This document shows positions 35,930-47,079 of a DNA stretch of 64,000 bases, piece after piece. The notes under the pieces are model-generated. The model ran no database searches and was not told the origin of the DNA. It was given only the letters and a program-made list of their open reading frames with translations. Source of the stretch: a virus; the IMG/VR virus record IMGVR_UViG_3300035670_000113, positions 23,183 to 87,182 of that record; one strand, written 5' to 3'. The first letter of the stretch is position 1. Each line of letters starts with the position of its first letter. Made by a program: the position numbers and the translations under genes.

Positions 35930-36355
35930 ATGCCGTTGAAATCAAGAGTTAAAGGAAATCAATTTGAAGCACTGGCAGTTCAGTTATTGACAGAACTTGT
36001 TAAAAATAGTAGTTGGAAGAGAGTCCCAGGTTCCGGTGCATTTGGGACTTCAATGCATGAGCCACACCTACTTGGTGATATAGTAGGGCATGTGGATTCA
36101 TTTCAGAAGCCATTCAGAGTAGAAGCCAAAGTTGGATATAACAGTGCATCCGATACCAGGGAAGTAAAACAGTTCACTCTTAAAAAAGAATGGTTAGATA
36201 AGATAAAACAGGAAGGTGTAAATTCATATTCCTTCCCATTTTTAATAGGAAAGTTTTCTGGTGCTAGAGATGGAGTTAAAGTATTCGTAGTAATGGATTT
36301 AGAACAATTTGCAGATCTCTTAAATAAAGTCACAGAACTTTCAAACGAGGAATAG
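35930..36355 (+). CDS. Holliday junction resolvase (Hjc-like PD-(D/E)XK)
   Basis: KG..FE, RVPGSGA, GDI, VEAK. Confidence 0.8.
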   Translation: MPLKSRVKGNQFEALAVQLLTELVKNSSWKRVPGSGAFGTSMHEPHLLGDIVGHVDSFQKPFRVEAKVGYNSASDTREVKQFTLKKEWLDKIKQEGVNSYSFPFLIGKFSGARDGVKVFVVMDLEQFADLLNKVTELSNEE

Positions 36356-36733
36356 ATGAGAGATGCCTGGAATACCATAAAAGATTTTTATACAGAAAAC
36401 TTTAAGATTTCTGAAGAAGTTGTTGATATTGTAGCAGACCATGATATTTTACTGTTATGCGCCTCTGGACTGTCAAATATATCTATAGCATCGTTTCTGA
36501 ATGTTGATGTTGAAGATGTTGCAAGTGCTGTAGAAAAGTTTTATGGTTTTCGTGGGTGGATATCTGACATGAAGATTAATCCATATAAAGAATACAGAAC
36601 AGATAATAATAAAGATACCTTTATAGAAAGATTAGAATCTGCAGGTATTGATAAGGATGCTATTTTTACATCTTACGCATTATGTGAAAAATGTTTTGCA
36701 TACGATAATAGAATAGAAAAAGAGTGGGTATAA
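36356..36733 (+). CDS. hypothetical protein, possible HTH
   Basis: GLSN.SIA.FL.V. Confidence 0.6.
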   Translation: MRDAWNTIKDFYTENFKISEEVVDIVADHDILLLCASGLSNISIASFLNVDVEDVASAVEKFYGFRGWISDMKINPYKEYRTDNNKDTFIERLESAGIDKDAIFTSYALCEKCFAYDNRIEKEWV

Positions 36734-36751
36734 TTGCAGGAAGGAATATAA

Positions 36752-37012
36752 ATGAAAATTAATATAGAAAAAATACCCTATGGAAATAATTATATTAGTG
36801 TTGGAAATACTGTGACTAGAGAACTTACTAATTTACAGGTACTTCAAATGATATCAAAACTGGGTGTTTTTGGAGTACTGAGATTGGAAGTTGATACAAT
36901 TAGTAAGTTTTCCAGTTTATGCAAGGTGCTTGAAAAACTTGGTATTATAAGTTACTATCATACATATGAACCAGAAAATTCACGTACTATTTTAAATATA
37001 AGAAGGAGTTAA
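36752..37012 (+). CDS. hypothetical protein
   Basis: ORF with SD. Confidence 0.6.
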   Translation: MKINIEKIPYGNNYISVGNTVTRELTNLQVLQMISKLGVFGVLRLEVDTISKFSSLCKVLEKLGIISYYHTYEPENSRTILNIRRS

Positions 37013-37013
37013 T

Positions 37014-37385
37014 ATGATTACAAATTCAAATGAACTAATTAAATCATTACCAGATTTTGATGACCTTGTAAAGGTTGCTCAGGATATTTCAGCACTACAG
37101 TATAAAAAATTAATGCTGGAAGCTAAAATCAAGGAGGCCGAAGCAAACGTATTTAAACTGGCATTTACTGACGAGAAGTTTTTCCAGGGAGGAAAGCCAG
37201 CCTCAGTTACATTTATTGAGAACACCTATAAATACACTGGACTGGATAATTCAATAGTTCCTCTAAGAACAGAGTTAGCAGAAGTAACAGCAAAATTAGA
37301 AGAGCATAGAATTCTATTTGACATCTATAAGAACATGTTGGACGTGTGGAGAACATTATCAGCATCTGAAAGAAGTGTTACATAA
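37014..37385 (+). CDS. coiled-coil protein, possibly a UvsY-like recombination mediator
   Basis: helical 123 aa in the recombination module; tentative. Confidence 0.45.
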   Translation: MITNSNELIKSLPDFDDLVKVAQDISALQYKKLMLEAKIKEAEANVFKLAFTDEKFFQGGKPASVTFIENTYKYTGLDNSIVPLRTELAEVTAKLEEHRILFDIYKNMLDVWRTLSASERSVT

Positions 37386-38062
37386 TGACAATAAAACTAT
37401 CAGCATCACTGATAAAGGATTGGCTGGCGTGTAAGGCCATGCCGTTCAATAGAATTAATTTCCCAGAAGAGGTTGTTCCGAGCAGGGAAATGCACATCGG
37501 TAATGCTGTACATTTCTCTATAGAGCATGGATGGACAAACATGGAGTCCAGCATGGTCTACCTTGAAAAGTATAGAAAGTATTTTGACTATACACCACAA
37601 GAAAAAGATTTTATACTAAAATGTTTGAATAATTTTCATTCAGTATTTAGGGGATTTCTTTCAGAGGAAGATCTCGTAGAAAAAAAGTTTTCAATTGATA
37701 TTGGAAATGATGTTCGTGTAGTAGGTAAAATAGATAGAATAACGTCTGATGGAAAGATTTTTGATTGGAAAACAGATAGAAAAGTTCCCTCCAGTATATC
37801 AAAGTCACCACAGTTTATAATCTATGATTGGGCATATAGAAAACTTTTTGACAAACAACCAGTAGGAGTTTATTTTGCATCCCTTACCGAAGGAAGTTTA
37901 ATAAGTAAGAAGAAGGATGCCCTTTCAGAAAATGAATTGTTTGAGAGTATAATACCTGCTATAGTTAGTGATATAAGAAATAATAAGTTTCCAAGAACAG
38001 GGTTATTTACAGGAACTTGTTTTAGATGTCAGTATAAGAAATCCTGTTTAAAGGAAGATTAA
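37385..38062 (+). CDS. Cas4/RecB-like PD-(D/E)XK exonuclease
   Basis: LSAS.I...C, G.AVH, E..F, GKIDRI, DWKT, Q..IY, C..C.Y...C. Confidence 0.88.
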   Translation: MTIKLSASLIKDWLACKAMPFNRINFPEEVVPSREMHIGNAVHFSIEHGWTNMESSMVYLEKYRKYFDYTPQEKDFILKCLNNFHSVFRGFLSEEDLVEKKFSIDIGNDVRVVGKIDRITSDGKIFDWKTDRKVPSSISKSPQFIIYDWAYRKLFDKQPVGVYFASLTEGSLISKKKDALSENELFESIIPAIVSDIRNNKFPRTGLFTGTCFRCQYKKSCLKED

Positions 38063-38063
38063 T

Positions 38064-38465
38064 ATGAGTTGGGCAGTACAAAATTTATTACGAACAAGAG
38101 AGACTATTAGAATAAAGCATGATATAGAATCAGATGAGTACAATGACTTACTTATTCTAGAAAGACAGATAAAGGTATTACATGCTGCAGGAATGTTAAC
38201 AGACTTTGATGTATTTTTGTTAGATTCTATCGGTGATGGTAGACCGCTAGTAGAACTTGAGAGAATACTAAATCTTAATCGGCTTACTGTATCTAAACTA
38301 TTCGTGCAATTGTGTAGTAGAATAGCATATTATCTTGGTGGAACATTTACAGATGACGGACTGATTGAGGATATGACAAAGAAGTATTCCCTGAAGGATG
38401 AAGAAATAGAAACCCTAAAGAAATATATCAGCGGAAGATATAGACATAAACTAAAAAGGAAATAA
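38064..38465 (+). CDS. hypothetical protein, possible sigma-region-4-like HTH
   Basis: G..L.EL...L.L.R.TVS. Confidence 0.55.
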   Translation: MSWAVQNLLRTRETIRIKHDIESDEYNDLLILERQIKVLHAAGMLTDFDVFLLDSIGDGRPLVELERILNLNRLTVSKLFVQLCSRIAYYLGGTFTDDGLIEDMTKKYSLKDEEIETLKKYISGRYRHKLKRK

Positions 38466-38468
38466 AAA

Positions 38469-39365
38469 GTGATAGCAAAAACAGACATTAAGAATTTCAG
38501 ATGCAAGCACAGACACTCAGCTTTATCCCACCCCAAATGTTATATAAAGTTTCTGAGGGGTGAAGAAGATAAAAAGACACTCCCCAAAATACTTGTAATG
38601 GATATTGAAACATCCCCACTTACTGCGTATGTTTGGCAAAAGAGTGTGTGGAAGGCAAGCATTACAGATGACCACATTATATCAGAGTGGTATATGCTTT
38701 GCTGGAGTGCTAAATGGTTATTTGATAATAATATAATGGCAGATAGACTCACATCTAAAGAGGCACTGGCAGAGGATGACTCTAGAATAGTTGGAAGTTT
38801 GTGGAAACTTTTGGATGAAGCAGACATTGTTATAGCACATAATGGTGATACTTTTGATGTTCCAAATATGAATACACGTTTTATTGTTAATAACTACACT
38901 CCTCCAAGTCCATACAAGACAATTGATACTGTCAAAATAGCTCGAAGACAGTTTGGATTTACCCATAATAGTCTTAGAGCTCTTGCAAAAGTTTTTGGAT
39001 TCAAGACAAAACTGGAAACTAATTTTGAGCTGTGGAAAAAGTGTACAGACGGTGATGAAGAATCCCTAAAAAGTATGGAAGAGTATAACAAGAATGATGT
39101 CAGACTTCTAGAGGATGTATATACAAAACTTAGACCCTGGATTAATGGACACCCAAATCTTGGAATGTACATGGACTTTGATGGTCCGGTATGTCCAAAC
39201 TGCGGAAGTGATAATATTAAATGGATTGATGGAAAATTCTGGTATGCATCTTCATCTAAATACCCGCTATTTACTTGTGATAATTGTGGGGCTTTTGGAA
39301 AGTCACGTACAAATGTTGTAACTAAAGAAGAAAAGAAAAACCTAGCATCACCAATACCTAGATAA
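38469..39365 (+). CDS. DnaQ/RNase H-like (RNase_H_2) exonuclease with C-terminal Zn ribbon
   Basis: MDIETSP, AHNGDTFD, IDT, YNKND, CPNCGS...CDNCG. Confidence 0.85.
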   Translation: MIAKTDIKNFRCKHRHSALSHPKCYIKFLRGEEDKKTLPKILVMDIETSPLTAYVWQKSVWKASITDDHIISEWYMLCWSAKWLFDNNIMADRLTSKEALAEDDSRIVGSLWKLLDEADIVIAHNGDTFDVPNMNTRFIVNNYTPPSPYKTIDTVKIARRQFGFTHNSLRALAKVFGFKTKLETNFELWKKCTDGDEESLKSMEEYNKNDVRLLEDVYTKLRPWINGHPNLGMYMDFDGPVCPNCGSDNIKWIDGKFWYASSSKYPLFTCDNCGAFGKSRTNVVTKEEKKNLASPIPR

Positions 39366-39378
39366 AGGAGATATGTAA

Positions 39379-39633
39379 ATGTATACAAAAATAACTTACT
39401 CGTCCAACGTAGTCTGTGAATTTGAAGATGGCTCATGGACTGTTGTAGCAGATATTATAGAGCGAAGATTTAATGGAGAAACATGGGAAGAAGAGAAAAT
39501 CGCCGCTAAAGGAATTAGCAACCTGTTTGAAGAGGCTTATCAAACCGCAATGAGATCTTCTGTTGCTCAGTTTAATGACAGACTAAAGAAGACCAAATCT
39601 GGAGGATTATTTCCAACCCCAAGTAGAGATTAA
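39379..39633 (+). CDS. hypothetical protein
   Basis: AAGGAG SD. Confidence 0.65.
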   Translation: MYTKITYSSNVVCEFEDGSWTVVADIIERRFNGETWEEEKIAAKGISNLFEEAYQTAMRSSVAQFNDRLKKTKSGGLFPTPSRD

Positions 39634-39634
39634 T

Positions 39635-39844
39635 ATGGGAAAACTTATTATTACTAAACTTGATAGATTTAATACAATTGTGATAAAACAAGTAGGGGGT
39701 AAGTTCTTTCTATCAGCACAGGATTCTTTGGTTATAGATATTCCTGGACTGGCATTTATTTTAAAGTACCTGGTATTCAATAATTTAATCAGTGTAAAGG
39801 TATTAGAAGGGATTATTAATGAGTATAGAGATATTAAAACTTGA
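39635..39844 (+). CDS. hypothetical protein
   Basis: ORF within the operon. Confidence 0.6.
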   Translation: MGKLIITKLDRFNTIVIKQVGGKFFLSAQDSLVIDIPGLAFILKYLVFNNLISVKVLEGIINEYRDIKT

Positions 39845-40418
39845 TAAGGTGGTTCTTCCAAAGAGCGTGTGTGTTCTTTTTTCTGGAAGAATGGGAGTAG
39901 GAAAAACCCTTTGCAGTAATATTGCAAAGACATCTGTTAATGATGCTGGAATGACATCAACCGTATTATCTTTTGCCTATGATGTAAAAAAGATAGCACG
40001 AACTATGGGATGGAATGGAATAAAAGATGCGAGAGGTAGAGCACTTCTACAGGGGGTAGGAAGAATTGGCAGAGATTATGACAAGGACTGTTGGGTAAAA
40101 TCGTCCTTTAAGCGGGCGGAAGAAACTAGTGGTTATCCTTTTGATTTTATATTCGTAGATGATTGGAGATTTCCCAATGAGGCGATTTATATTAAAGAAC
40201 ATGAACCTCTTTATCATGTTGTTGAAATTAATATTATATCTGATACTTATTTTCCTGCAGATGGAATTTTTGGCACTGATGATGCTTCTGAAACATCGTT
40301 AGAGAATCATACATTTGATTATATTATAGACAATAATTCTGATACATTGCACCTCCATAATTCCATAGTTCAAGTACTTAATAGAGTGTCCAAAGAGTTA
40401 AGAAGTTCAAATAGATGA
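39819..40418 (+). CDS. deoxynucleoside monophosphate kinase
   Basis: SGRMGVGKT, SFA..VK, R.LLQ.VG..GR, DWRFPNE, SET. Confidence 0.88.
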   Translation: MSIEILKLDKVVLPKSVCVLFSGRMGVGKTLCSNIAKTSVNDAGMTSTVLSFAYDVKKIARTMGWNGIKDARGRALLQGVGRIGRDYDKDCWVKSSFKRAEETSGYPFDFIFVDDWRFPNEAIYIKEHEPLYHVVEINIISDTYFPADGIFGTDDASETSLENHTFDYIIDNNSDTLHLHNSIVQVLNRVSKELRSSNR

Positions 40419-40445
40419 TGTATATTCATACAGGAAAAAAATTAA

Positions 40446-40652
40446 ATGCTGCCTAAAACATGCTTTCTTTGTGAGAAAGAGATACAGATTGGTAGCCGAT
40501 ATCAGATAATTGGCCTAGATAAGCCGTATATAAACCTCTATTTTCATAGAGGTTGCTACGGTTTAATCGGTGAAATCAATGTATTTTTATCACAAAATGT
40601 AAAAAAAGTGTATAATTGGTGTAATAAAACTAATAAAAACACAAAGAAATGA
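40446..40652 (+). CDS. small zinc-binding protein
   Basis: C..C...FH..C. Confidence 0.55.
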   Translation: MLPKTCFLCEKEIQIGSRYQIIGLDKPYINLYFHRGCYGLIGEINVFLSQNVKKVYNWCNKTNKNTKK

Positions 40653-40658
40653 GGATAA

Positions 40659-41336
40659 ATGGCCAAGCAAACCAAAGAAAAAATGAGAAATCTTAAACAG
40701 TACAGTGATATGACTGATGAAAGGTTTGAAGAAATTTGGAAGAGTAGGGTTGCTGGACTTCAGCGTTCAAGTGACTTTGAGGAAAGAATCAATAAGAAAC
40801 TTGAGGATTTCTCTAAAGATTATGATATAGATGATCTTAAAATAAACGATAGAGAATCTCTTAGGGCTTTAATTCAGGCCACTATAGCCCTGGAAGACTG
40901 GGAACAGATCTTATTTAGAATGAGAACAGATGCAGATCTTGATACTTTTGATATCAACTCTATAGACAGAATTAGCAGAGTAATGTCTGATCTTAGAGGG
41001 GATATCGGAAGACTTCAGAATGATCTTAATATAACACGCAGAGTCAGAAAATCTGATAGAGAGGCATCTGTCATTAACTACATAGAGGACTTGAAACAGA
41101 AGGCAAAGCAATTTTATGAAGAAAAGACATCTTATGTTTTATGTCCAAAATGTAACATGCTTCTAGCAACTATATGGACACTTTATCCATATTCTGACAA
41201 TAAAATTACATTAACATGTAACCGACCTCTGGGAGATGGTACTATATGCGGGGAGAGGTTTTCTGTCACTACAGAAGAAATGATAGAGAATAAGAATACC
41301 AACTCTAATGGAGTTCTTCCAGATAGTATGTTATAG
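40659..41336 (+). CDS. hypothetical protein, candidate terminase small subunit
   Basis: helical core with L..DL.ITR..R, C-terminal Cys cluster; first gene of the late block; tentative. Confidence 0.45.
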   Translation: MAKQTKEKMRNLKQYSDMTDERFEEIWKSRVAGLQRSSDFEERINKKLEDFSKDYDIDDLKINDRESLRALIQATIALEDWEQILFRMRTDADLDTFDINSIDRISRVMSDLRGDIGRLQNDLNITRRVRKSDREASVINYIEDLKQKAKQFYEEKTSYVLCPKCNMLLATIWTLYPYSDNKITLTCNRPLGDGTICGERFSVTTEEMIENKNTNSNGVLPDSML

Positions 41337-41356
41337 TTATCTCTAAGGAGGTAACA

Positions 41357-41527
41357 ATGATTAAAAAAACCAAAGGTGGATATGCTTTGTTCTCTAAAAC
41401 AACAGGAAGAAAGTTGTCAAAAGTTTATAAGAGTAAAAATTCACCATCTCTTAAAAAGAGAGAACGCCAGGTAGAATACTTTAAGCATATATCTAAGCGT
41501 TCCAGAAAGAGTAAAAAAGGAAAATAA
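41357..41527 (+). CDS. 56 aa highly basic phage protein
   Basis: own translation MIKKTKGGY...KRERQVEYFKH...; TAAGGAGGT SD. Confidence 0.75.
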   Translation: MIKKTKGGYALFSKTTGRKLSKVYKSKNSPSLKKRERQVEYFKHISKRSRKSKKGK

Positions 41528-41533
41528 AAATAA

Positions 41534-42220
41534 ATGCCAAAAGTTATAGATAATAATACTGGGGAACTTATAGAGATGACAGATCCTCATTATGTGACAG
41601 ATGCCAATACTGGAGAACTAGTTCAGATTGATCTATTAGAAGATGCTGATCTTCCTTTTGTTACGGCAAGTGGAGATGTTATATTTAATCATCATGTATT
41701 CATGGATTCTGATGGAGTTGGTTGGGAGGATCTAAGATTTCCAGTAACCGCTATCAATCCACCTGGAGCTGCTAGTGACCCCACCAGAGATAATACTGAT
41801 GGACGTTTAGTATTTTCAGCATCTGCTGATAATATAATAGCTATTGCAGCACAACTTCCACACTCTTGGGAACCAGGTTCTACAATAGAACCACACCTTC
41901 ACTGGACTCCTACAGCATCAGGAACAGGAAATGTTGTATGGAAATTGCAGTATAAAGTATCAAATATAGGAGAAACTTTTCCACCATCCTATACGGAAGA
42001 TACAATAATAGCTCCAGTCAGTGGGATTAATTACCATCAGATATCTGGTTTCGATGGTATAGATATGACTGATAAGAGAATTTCATGTATGATATTACTA
42101 CTGCTTTCAAGAGTTGGTACATCGGAAGATGATTCTTACGCATCCACTGTAAAACTTAATGAATTTGATATTCATTACAAAATCAATTCGATTGGTTCAA
42201 GACAAGAATATATTAAATAA
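41534..42220 (+). CDS. hypothetical beta-rich protein, possibly virion-associated
   Basis: WEDLRFP, QLPHSW..G..I.PHLHW, FDIHY. Confidence 0.65.
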   Translation: MPKVIDNNTGELIEMTDPHYVTDANTGELVQIDLLEDADLPFVTASGDVIFNHHVFMDSDGVGWEDLRFPVTAINPPGAASDPTRDNTDGRLVFSASADNIIAIAAQLPHSWEPGSTIEPHLHWTPTASGTGNVVWKLQYKVSNIGETFPPSYTEDTIIAPVSGINYHQISGFDGIDMTDKRISCMILLLLSRVGTSEDDSYASTVKLNEFDIHYKINSIGSRQEYIK

Positions 42221-42248
42221 ATGTGTGGTAATATAGGAGGAAGGTAAA

Positions 42249-43478
42249 ATGAGTGTGAGGGAAGAAACTTACTGCAGAGTATGTAATGGAAAACTAGAGA
42301 TAGTCCACGATTTTGGTAATATTTATCCATCAGGATTTTGTGAAAAGGGTTTAGAAAACACCACTGATAGAGTTCCTATTATTCTTTCAAGATGTACAGA
42401 ATGTGGTTTAGTTCAATTAAAACATACAGTAGACTTGGATCTCATGTACAGACAGTATTGGTACTCATCATCCTTGAATAGAAGCATGGTATCATCACTA
42501 AAAGATGTAGTAAATCATGCAGAATCTGTAGTTAATTTATGTGATGACGATACTGTTGTAGATATCGGATGTAATGATGGAACATTGCTCAATCTATACT
42601 CTAAGAAGAATCTAATTACTATAGGATATGATCCAGCCCTTAATTTGAAACCAGATTGTAGTTATTTTTACAACGATTATTTTTCTGTATCTAAATACTT
42701 TGACGTATATGGTCATGTAAAGGCAAAGGTAATTACTGCTATAGCAATGTTTTATGATCTCCCAGATCCTAACAAGTTCATCAATGACGTAAAGAGCATA
42801 CTAAGAGATGATGGTATCTTCATAGTTCAATTTACAGATCTTGTATCCATGATAAAGGCCACAGCATTTGATAATATATGCCACGAACATTTAGAATATT
42901 ATAGACTTCAGGATATTGTATCTTTATTTAAGAATAACGGTATGGATGTTATTGACGTATCATACAACGATGTTAATGGTGGAAGTTTAAGAACCGTTAT
43001 AAGTCATTCTGGTAATATGCCAATATCAAATAGAGTGCAAGAATACTTGGAAGCTGAGAAGGATTTCTTATCCACCAGTCCTATAGAGACTTTTGTTGGT
43101 AAAGTGGAAATAGTGAAAGATAATATAACAATGTTTCTAAAATTAATGAAACATACAAATAAGACTGTGGCGTTATTGGGAGCTAGTACAAAGGGGAACA
43201 CCCTTTTACAAGTTTGTGGTGTTTCATCTGATGACATTAAATACGCTGCGGAAGTTAATCGAGATAAGTTTGGCTTAGTTACAGTAGGAAGTGGGATAGA
43301 AATAGCAGATGAGGCGTTCATTCTAAACGAAATAAAGCCAGATTATCTTCTAGTACCAATTTGGCATTTTAAGGAAAGTCTTATCAGAAAAGATAATATA
43401 TTGAAATATATAAATGGGGGAGGAAAATTAGTTTTTCCTCTACCAAGATTTCAATTAATAGGAAAAGAGGATTTATGA
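42249..43478 (+). CDS. NDP-hexose C-methyltransferase family protein
   Basis: CRVC...C.ECGLVQL, DIGCNDG, FDNICHEHLEYY, NGGSLR, GASTKGNTLL, GGKL.FPLP. Confidence 0.9.
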   Translation: MSVREETYCRVCNGKLEIVHDFGNIYPSGFCEKGLENTTDRVPIILSRCTECGLVQLKHTVDLDLMYRQYWYSSSLNRSMVSSLKDVVNHAESVVNLCDDDTVVDIGCNDGTLLNLYSKKNLITIGYDPALNLKPDCSYFYNDYFSVSKYFDVYGHVKAKVITAIAMFYDLPDPNKFINDVKSILRDDGIFIVQFTDLVSMIKATAFDNICHEHLEYYRLQDIVSLFKNNGMDVIDVSYNDVNGGSLRTVISHSGNMPISNRVQEYLEAEKDFLSTSPIETFVGKVEIVKDNITMFLKLMKHTNKTVALLGASTKGNTLLQVCGVSSDDIKYAAEVNRDKFGLVTVGSGIEIADEAFILNEIKPDYLLVPIWHFKESLIRKDNILKYINGGGKLVFPLPRFQLIGKEDL

Positions 43479-43735
43479 AAAGTGCAAGCACAAAAAGTTT
43501 GGGATTCCTGATTGATGAATTATTTACAACAGACCATAAATGTTGGGAAGCGCAGGAACGGATAATGGATACATCACTTAGTGTTGAAGATAGGCTAGAA
43601 AATGCGATAAGAGCACAGGAACTAAACAATAGGCGAAACATGCTTATTAGAGCTATTGATGAAATTGCAGATAAAGAAAACCTATCTCCAACAACAAAAT
43701 CATACCACACATATTTTGAGCAGAAAAGAACATGA
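43475..43735 (+). CDS. DUF4254-like small helical protein
   Basis: SLG.LID.L....K.W..QE...LN.RR..L...ID. Confidence 0.6.
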   Translation: MKSASTKSLGFLIDELFTTDHKCWEAQERIMDTSLSVEDRLENAIRAQELNNRRNMLIRAIDEIADKENLSPTTKSYHTYFEQKRT

Positions 43736-44706
43736 AGGCGGTTATATTTGGAATCAATGGCCAGGATGGGTCATATTTAGCAGAACTATTACTCTCTAAG
43801 GGATACGATGTTTATGGAGTTTTAAGAAGATCCAGTTCATCTAATACTTCCAGAATAGACCATATATTAGACAGAGTAAAATTGTATTATGGAGATATAA
43901 CAGATTCTTTATCAATAGTAAAAGTATTGAGCGATGTACGTCCAGATGAAATATATAATCTGTCTGCACAAAGTCACGTAAAAATTTCATTTGATGTTCC
44001 AAAGTATACTAGAGACACAGTAGCTATTGGAGCACTCGAATTATTTGAGGCAGTTAGAATTCTTAATCTTAAGTCTAGAATATATAATGCATCCAGCTCT
44101 GAAATGTTTGGCAGTACTCCACCACCACAGAGTGAGACAAGTTCTTTTAATCCAAGAAGTCCATATGCTGCTGCTAAACTTTATGCCTATAATATGGGTA
44201 ATAATTATAGAGATGCATACGGCATGTTTGTATCTAATGGAATATTGTTCAATCACGAGTCCCCAAGACGAGGAGAGAATTTTGTAACACGAAAGATAAC
44301 ACTGGCGGCATCAAGAATAAAACTAGGGTTACAAAAAGAATTAGTTCTTGGGAACATGGATTCTAAAAGAGATTGGGGGTATGCTGGAGATTTTGTAAGA
44401 GCCATGTGGATGATGCTGCAACAGGATAAACCAGATAATTACGTTATTGCTACTGGAGAAGCACACTCTGTTAGAGAGTTTGCAGAAGAGGCATTTGGAG
44501 TTCTTGATTTAGACTACTTAAAGTATGTAAGGGTAGATGAATCATATTTTAGACCAACAGAAGTAGAAAGCCTTCTAGGGGATGTATCTAAAGCGAGACG
44601 TTATCTAGGATGGTATCCAGAAACATCCTTTAAAGAACTTGTACAAATTATGGTTTCCAGTGATTTGAAGTTGGCAGAGTATGAAAGTTCTATTCGTAAA
44701 CCATAA
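43732..44706 (+). CDS. gmd: GDP-mannose 4,6-dehydratase
   Basis: [49 protein letters not shown]. Confidence 0.96.
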   Translation: MKAVIFGINGQDGSYLAELLLSKGYDVYGVLRRSSSSNTSRIDHILDRVKLYYGDITDSLSIVKVLSDVRPDEIYNLSAQSHVKISFDVPKYTRDTVAIGALELFEAVRILNLKSRIYNASSSEMFGSTPPPQSETSSFNPRSPYAAAKLYAYNMGNNYRDAYGMFVSNGILFNHESPRRGENFVTRKITLAASRIKLGLQKELVLGNMDSKRDWGYAGDFVRAMWMMLQQDKPDNYVIATGEAHSVREFAEEAFGVLDLDYLKYVRVDESYFRPTEVESLLGDVSKARRYLGWYPETSFKELVQIMVSSDLKLAEYESSIRKP

Positions 44707-45586
44707 ACAGCAACAATGTGGGGTATACCAGTTTGGAAAAAGAGTGTACGAACTATCTAGATTATCTAAATTAGTAAATTATACATATATAGAGACAGAT
44801 AGTTTTAATGAGTTTCTTACTCATTATAATAATGCCCCAGATGTAATTATTTATAACTGGTATCCACTAACAATGTCATGGTTAACCGAAGAATTTATTT
44901 CCACATCTAAAAATGTAAAACATTTTTTTATTTTTCATGATGGTAATATAAGAAAAAACTTTGATAAGTACCTGTTTTTTGGTGATTATGGGAGTGGTGT
45001 AGAATTTCTAAAAGAAAAATCATTCCTGCTTCCGAGGCCACTATTCAAATATTATGGGACATACTCTAAGAATGAATTTCCAACAATAGGAAGTTTTGGT
45101 TTTGGGGGGTGGCAGAAAGGTTTTACCAGTATAGTAGAAAAAGTAAATGCAGAGTTTGATAATGCCATTATAAATATACAAATGCCCTTCGCATATTTTG
45201 GAGATAGACTTGGAAAAGAGACCATAAAGATAGCTCAAAAGTGTAGAGAACTGAATAAAAAACCTGGAATTACTTTAAATATAGATCATACATTTTTAAG
45301 TAATGCTGGTACTCTAGAATTCCTAGCTAAAAATGATCTGAACTTATTCATGTATAGAGCAGTAAATCAAGGCCTTTCTAGTGCAATTGATTATGCTATT
45401 TCGGTAGATAGGCCCTTTGGAATAACCAGTGACTCCATGTTTAAACATGTATATACTGAAGAAGTAGATGCTAATACTAATACAATTATGAAGTTGATAG
45501 GAAACACCAGAAGTAGAAGTAACTTATATAATAGATGGAACCCAGATAATTTTTATTTAGAAATGGATAAGATATATGCCTATTAA
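44681..45586 (+). CDS. putative glycosyltransferase (GT-B-like)
   Basis: CGVYQ, IGSFGF...KG, SSA.D.A.S..RP; cluster context. Confidence 0.6.
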   Translation: MKVLFVNHKQQQCGVYQFGKRVYELSRLSKLVNYTYIETDSFNEFLTHYNNAPDVIIYNWYPLTMSWLTEEFISTSKNVKHFFIFHDGNIRKNFDKYLFFGDYGSGVEFLKEKSFLLPRPLFKYYGTYSKNEFPTIGSFGFGGWQKGFTSIVEKVNAEFDNAIINIQMPFAYFGDRLGKETIKIAQKCRELNKKPGITLNIDHTFLSNAGTLEFLAKNDLNLFMYRAVNQGLSSAIDYAISVDRPFGITSDSMFKHVYTEEVDANTNTIMKLIGNTRSRSNLYNRWNPDNFYLEMDKIYAY

Positions 45587-46220
45587 TAGAATACTCACGG
45601 ATTTAGACAGGACGATATATACACCAGTCATTGATGAAATGATTAACAAGTGCCCAGATATGATGTCAAGAAAGATTCCCAGGGCAAATGTTCAACAGGC
45701 CTTTGTATTGGATACCGTAAGAAAAAGTATGTCTTTATTTAAGGACATTAAATTTCCGCTGTTGTGTGTAGGATCATTTGAAGACACAGCTTGTGCAACA
45801 CTTAAGGCATCTGGAACTCATGTAAAAGAAATAGATCCAGACGTAAACGGTCTAGATCTTCACAAGTTTTTTCTTATGGCACGTGAAAAATTTGATATTA
45901 TTTTTTCAACATCGGTTTTGGAGCATGTTAAAAATGACACACTGTTTATAGAGGAAATTTGTAAACTACTAAAACAGGGCGGGATTGCAATAATTACTAC
46001 TGATTTTAAAGATGATTATAAATCAGGAGACCCTCTGCCTTATTCAGATGAGAGATTTTATACTAGTAAAGATATTACTGTAAGACTGAGACAGATAATC
46101 AATGCCAATGATTGTGAATTAGTAGATGAACCAGATTATACAGATGTAGATAATTTTGTATATCAGGGACATACATATTCTTTCGCAACAATCGTTTTTA
46201 GGAAGAAGCAAGATGTATGA
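45576..46220 (+). CDS. class I SAM-dependent methyltransferase
   Basis: FDIIFSTSVLEHV, LLKQGG. Confidence 0.8.
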   Translation: MPINRILTDLDRTIYTPVIDEMINKCPDMMSRKIPRANVQQAFVLDTVRKSMSLFKDIKFPLLCVGSFEDTACATLKASGTHVKEIDPDVNGLDLHKFFLMAREKFDIIFSTSVLEHVKNDTLFIEEICKLLKQGGIAIITTDFKDDYKSGDPLPYSDERFYTSKDITVRLRQIINANDCELVDEPDYTDVDNFVYQGHTYSFATIVFRKKQDV

Positions 46221-47079
46221 GCAAGTAATATTTTACAACCACTTTGGAAATGGAGATATATTTGAATCCAGGGAGTTTGTAAGACGGTGGATGAGAGATT
46301 TACCATCCAAGAAATATTTTTACTCTCATGGAAAAAGTCCTAGAATTTTATTAGATATTCCAGAACTTGAATTTAAAGATATTACCATACATATGCATCC
46401 AATGCAGGATATTATGGATGATGGTAATGGAAATTTATATATAAATACATGGATTGGCAGAGACGGAAAGTACGTTCTTCCTGGTATAGGATGTACAGTT
46501 GAGAAACTTTTTGATATGCATAATGATATGAGATCAAAACTTGATATACCAAAAATGGACGAACCAATTGTTGAGTTTATACCAGATATAGATTACTCTG
46601 TATTTAGTATAGATGAGTGTAATAGTTTCTTGAGTATACATGAGGAACCAAAAATATATATAGATAATGGAATAGTACAATCCAAACAGGCAGAGAATTT
46701 TCCAATGTCTGATATTATTAAAGAGGTTGCCAAATTACACAGGGATAAATGTTTTATTGTAACTCATGATATTGGAGAGCATATAGATAACGTATATACT
46801 ACCAATAGTATTACTAAAGTGCCAAACTTCGATCTTCCAGAAATATCTTATATAAGTACTTTTTGTGACGTTCTTATAGGAAGAAATTCTGGACCACATG
46901 TTTTTTCACAGGTTAGAAAAAATGTAATGAATTCCAATAAAAAATTGCTTTCTTTTACATATCATCAGCAGGGAGCATCTTTTGTAGTTAATACAGATGT
47001 AAATATAAAAAAAACCTGGTCTTCAGAAACATCATTCGATAAAGTATTATCTACTATAGAAAGGGTATTAAGTGAATGA
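46213..47079 (+). CDS. putative glycosyltransferase-like protein
   Basis: GD.F.SR start and IGRNSGP.. resembling the GT9 DSG..H motif; context. Confidence 0.5.
   Translation: MYEQVIFYNHFGNGDIFESREFVRRWMRDLPSKKYFYSHGKSPRILLDIPELEFKDITIHMHPMQDIMDDGNGNLYINTWIGRDGKYVLPGIGCTVEKLFDMHNDMRSKLDIPKMDEPIVEFIPDIDYSVFSIDECNSFLSIHEEPKIYIDNGIVQSKQAENFPMSDIIKEVAKLHRDKCFIVTHDIGEHIDNVYTTNSITKVPNFDLPEISYISTFCDVLIGRNSGPHVFSQVRKNVMNSNKKLLSFTYHQQGASFVVNTDVNIKKTWSSETSFDKVLSTIERVLSE

Noticed and set aside
37385-38062. Cas4-like gene as evidence of CRISPR-Cas
   Set aside because: Solo Cas4-like nucleases are common in phage replication modules; no array or cas1/cas2 was seen.
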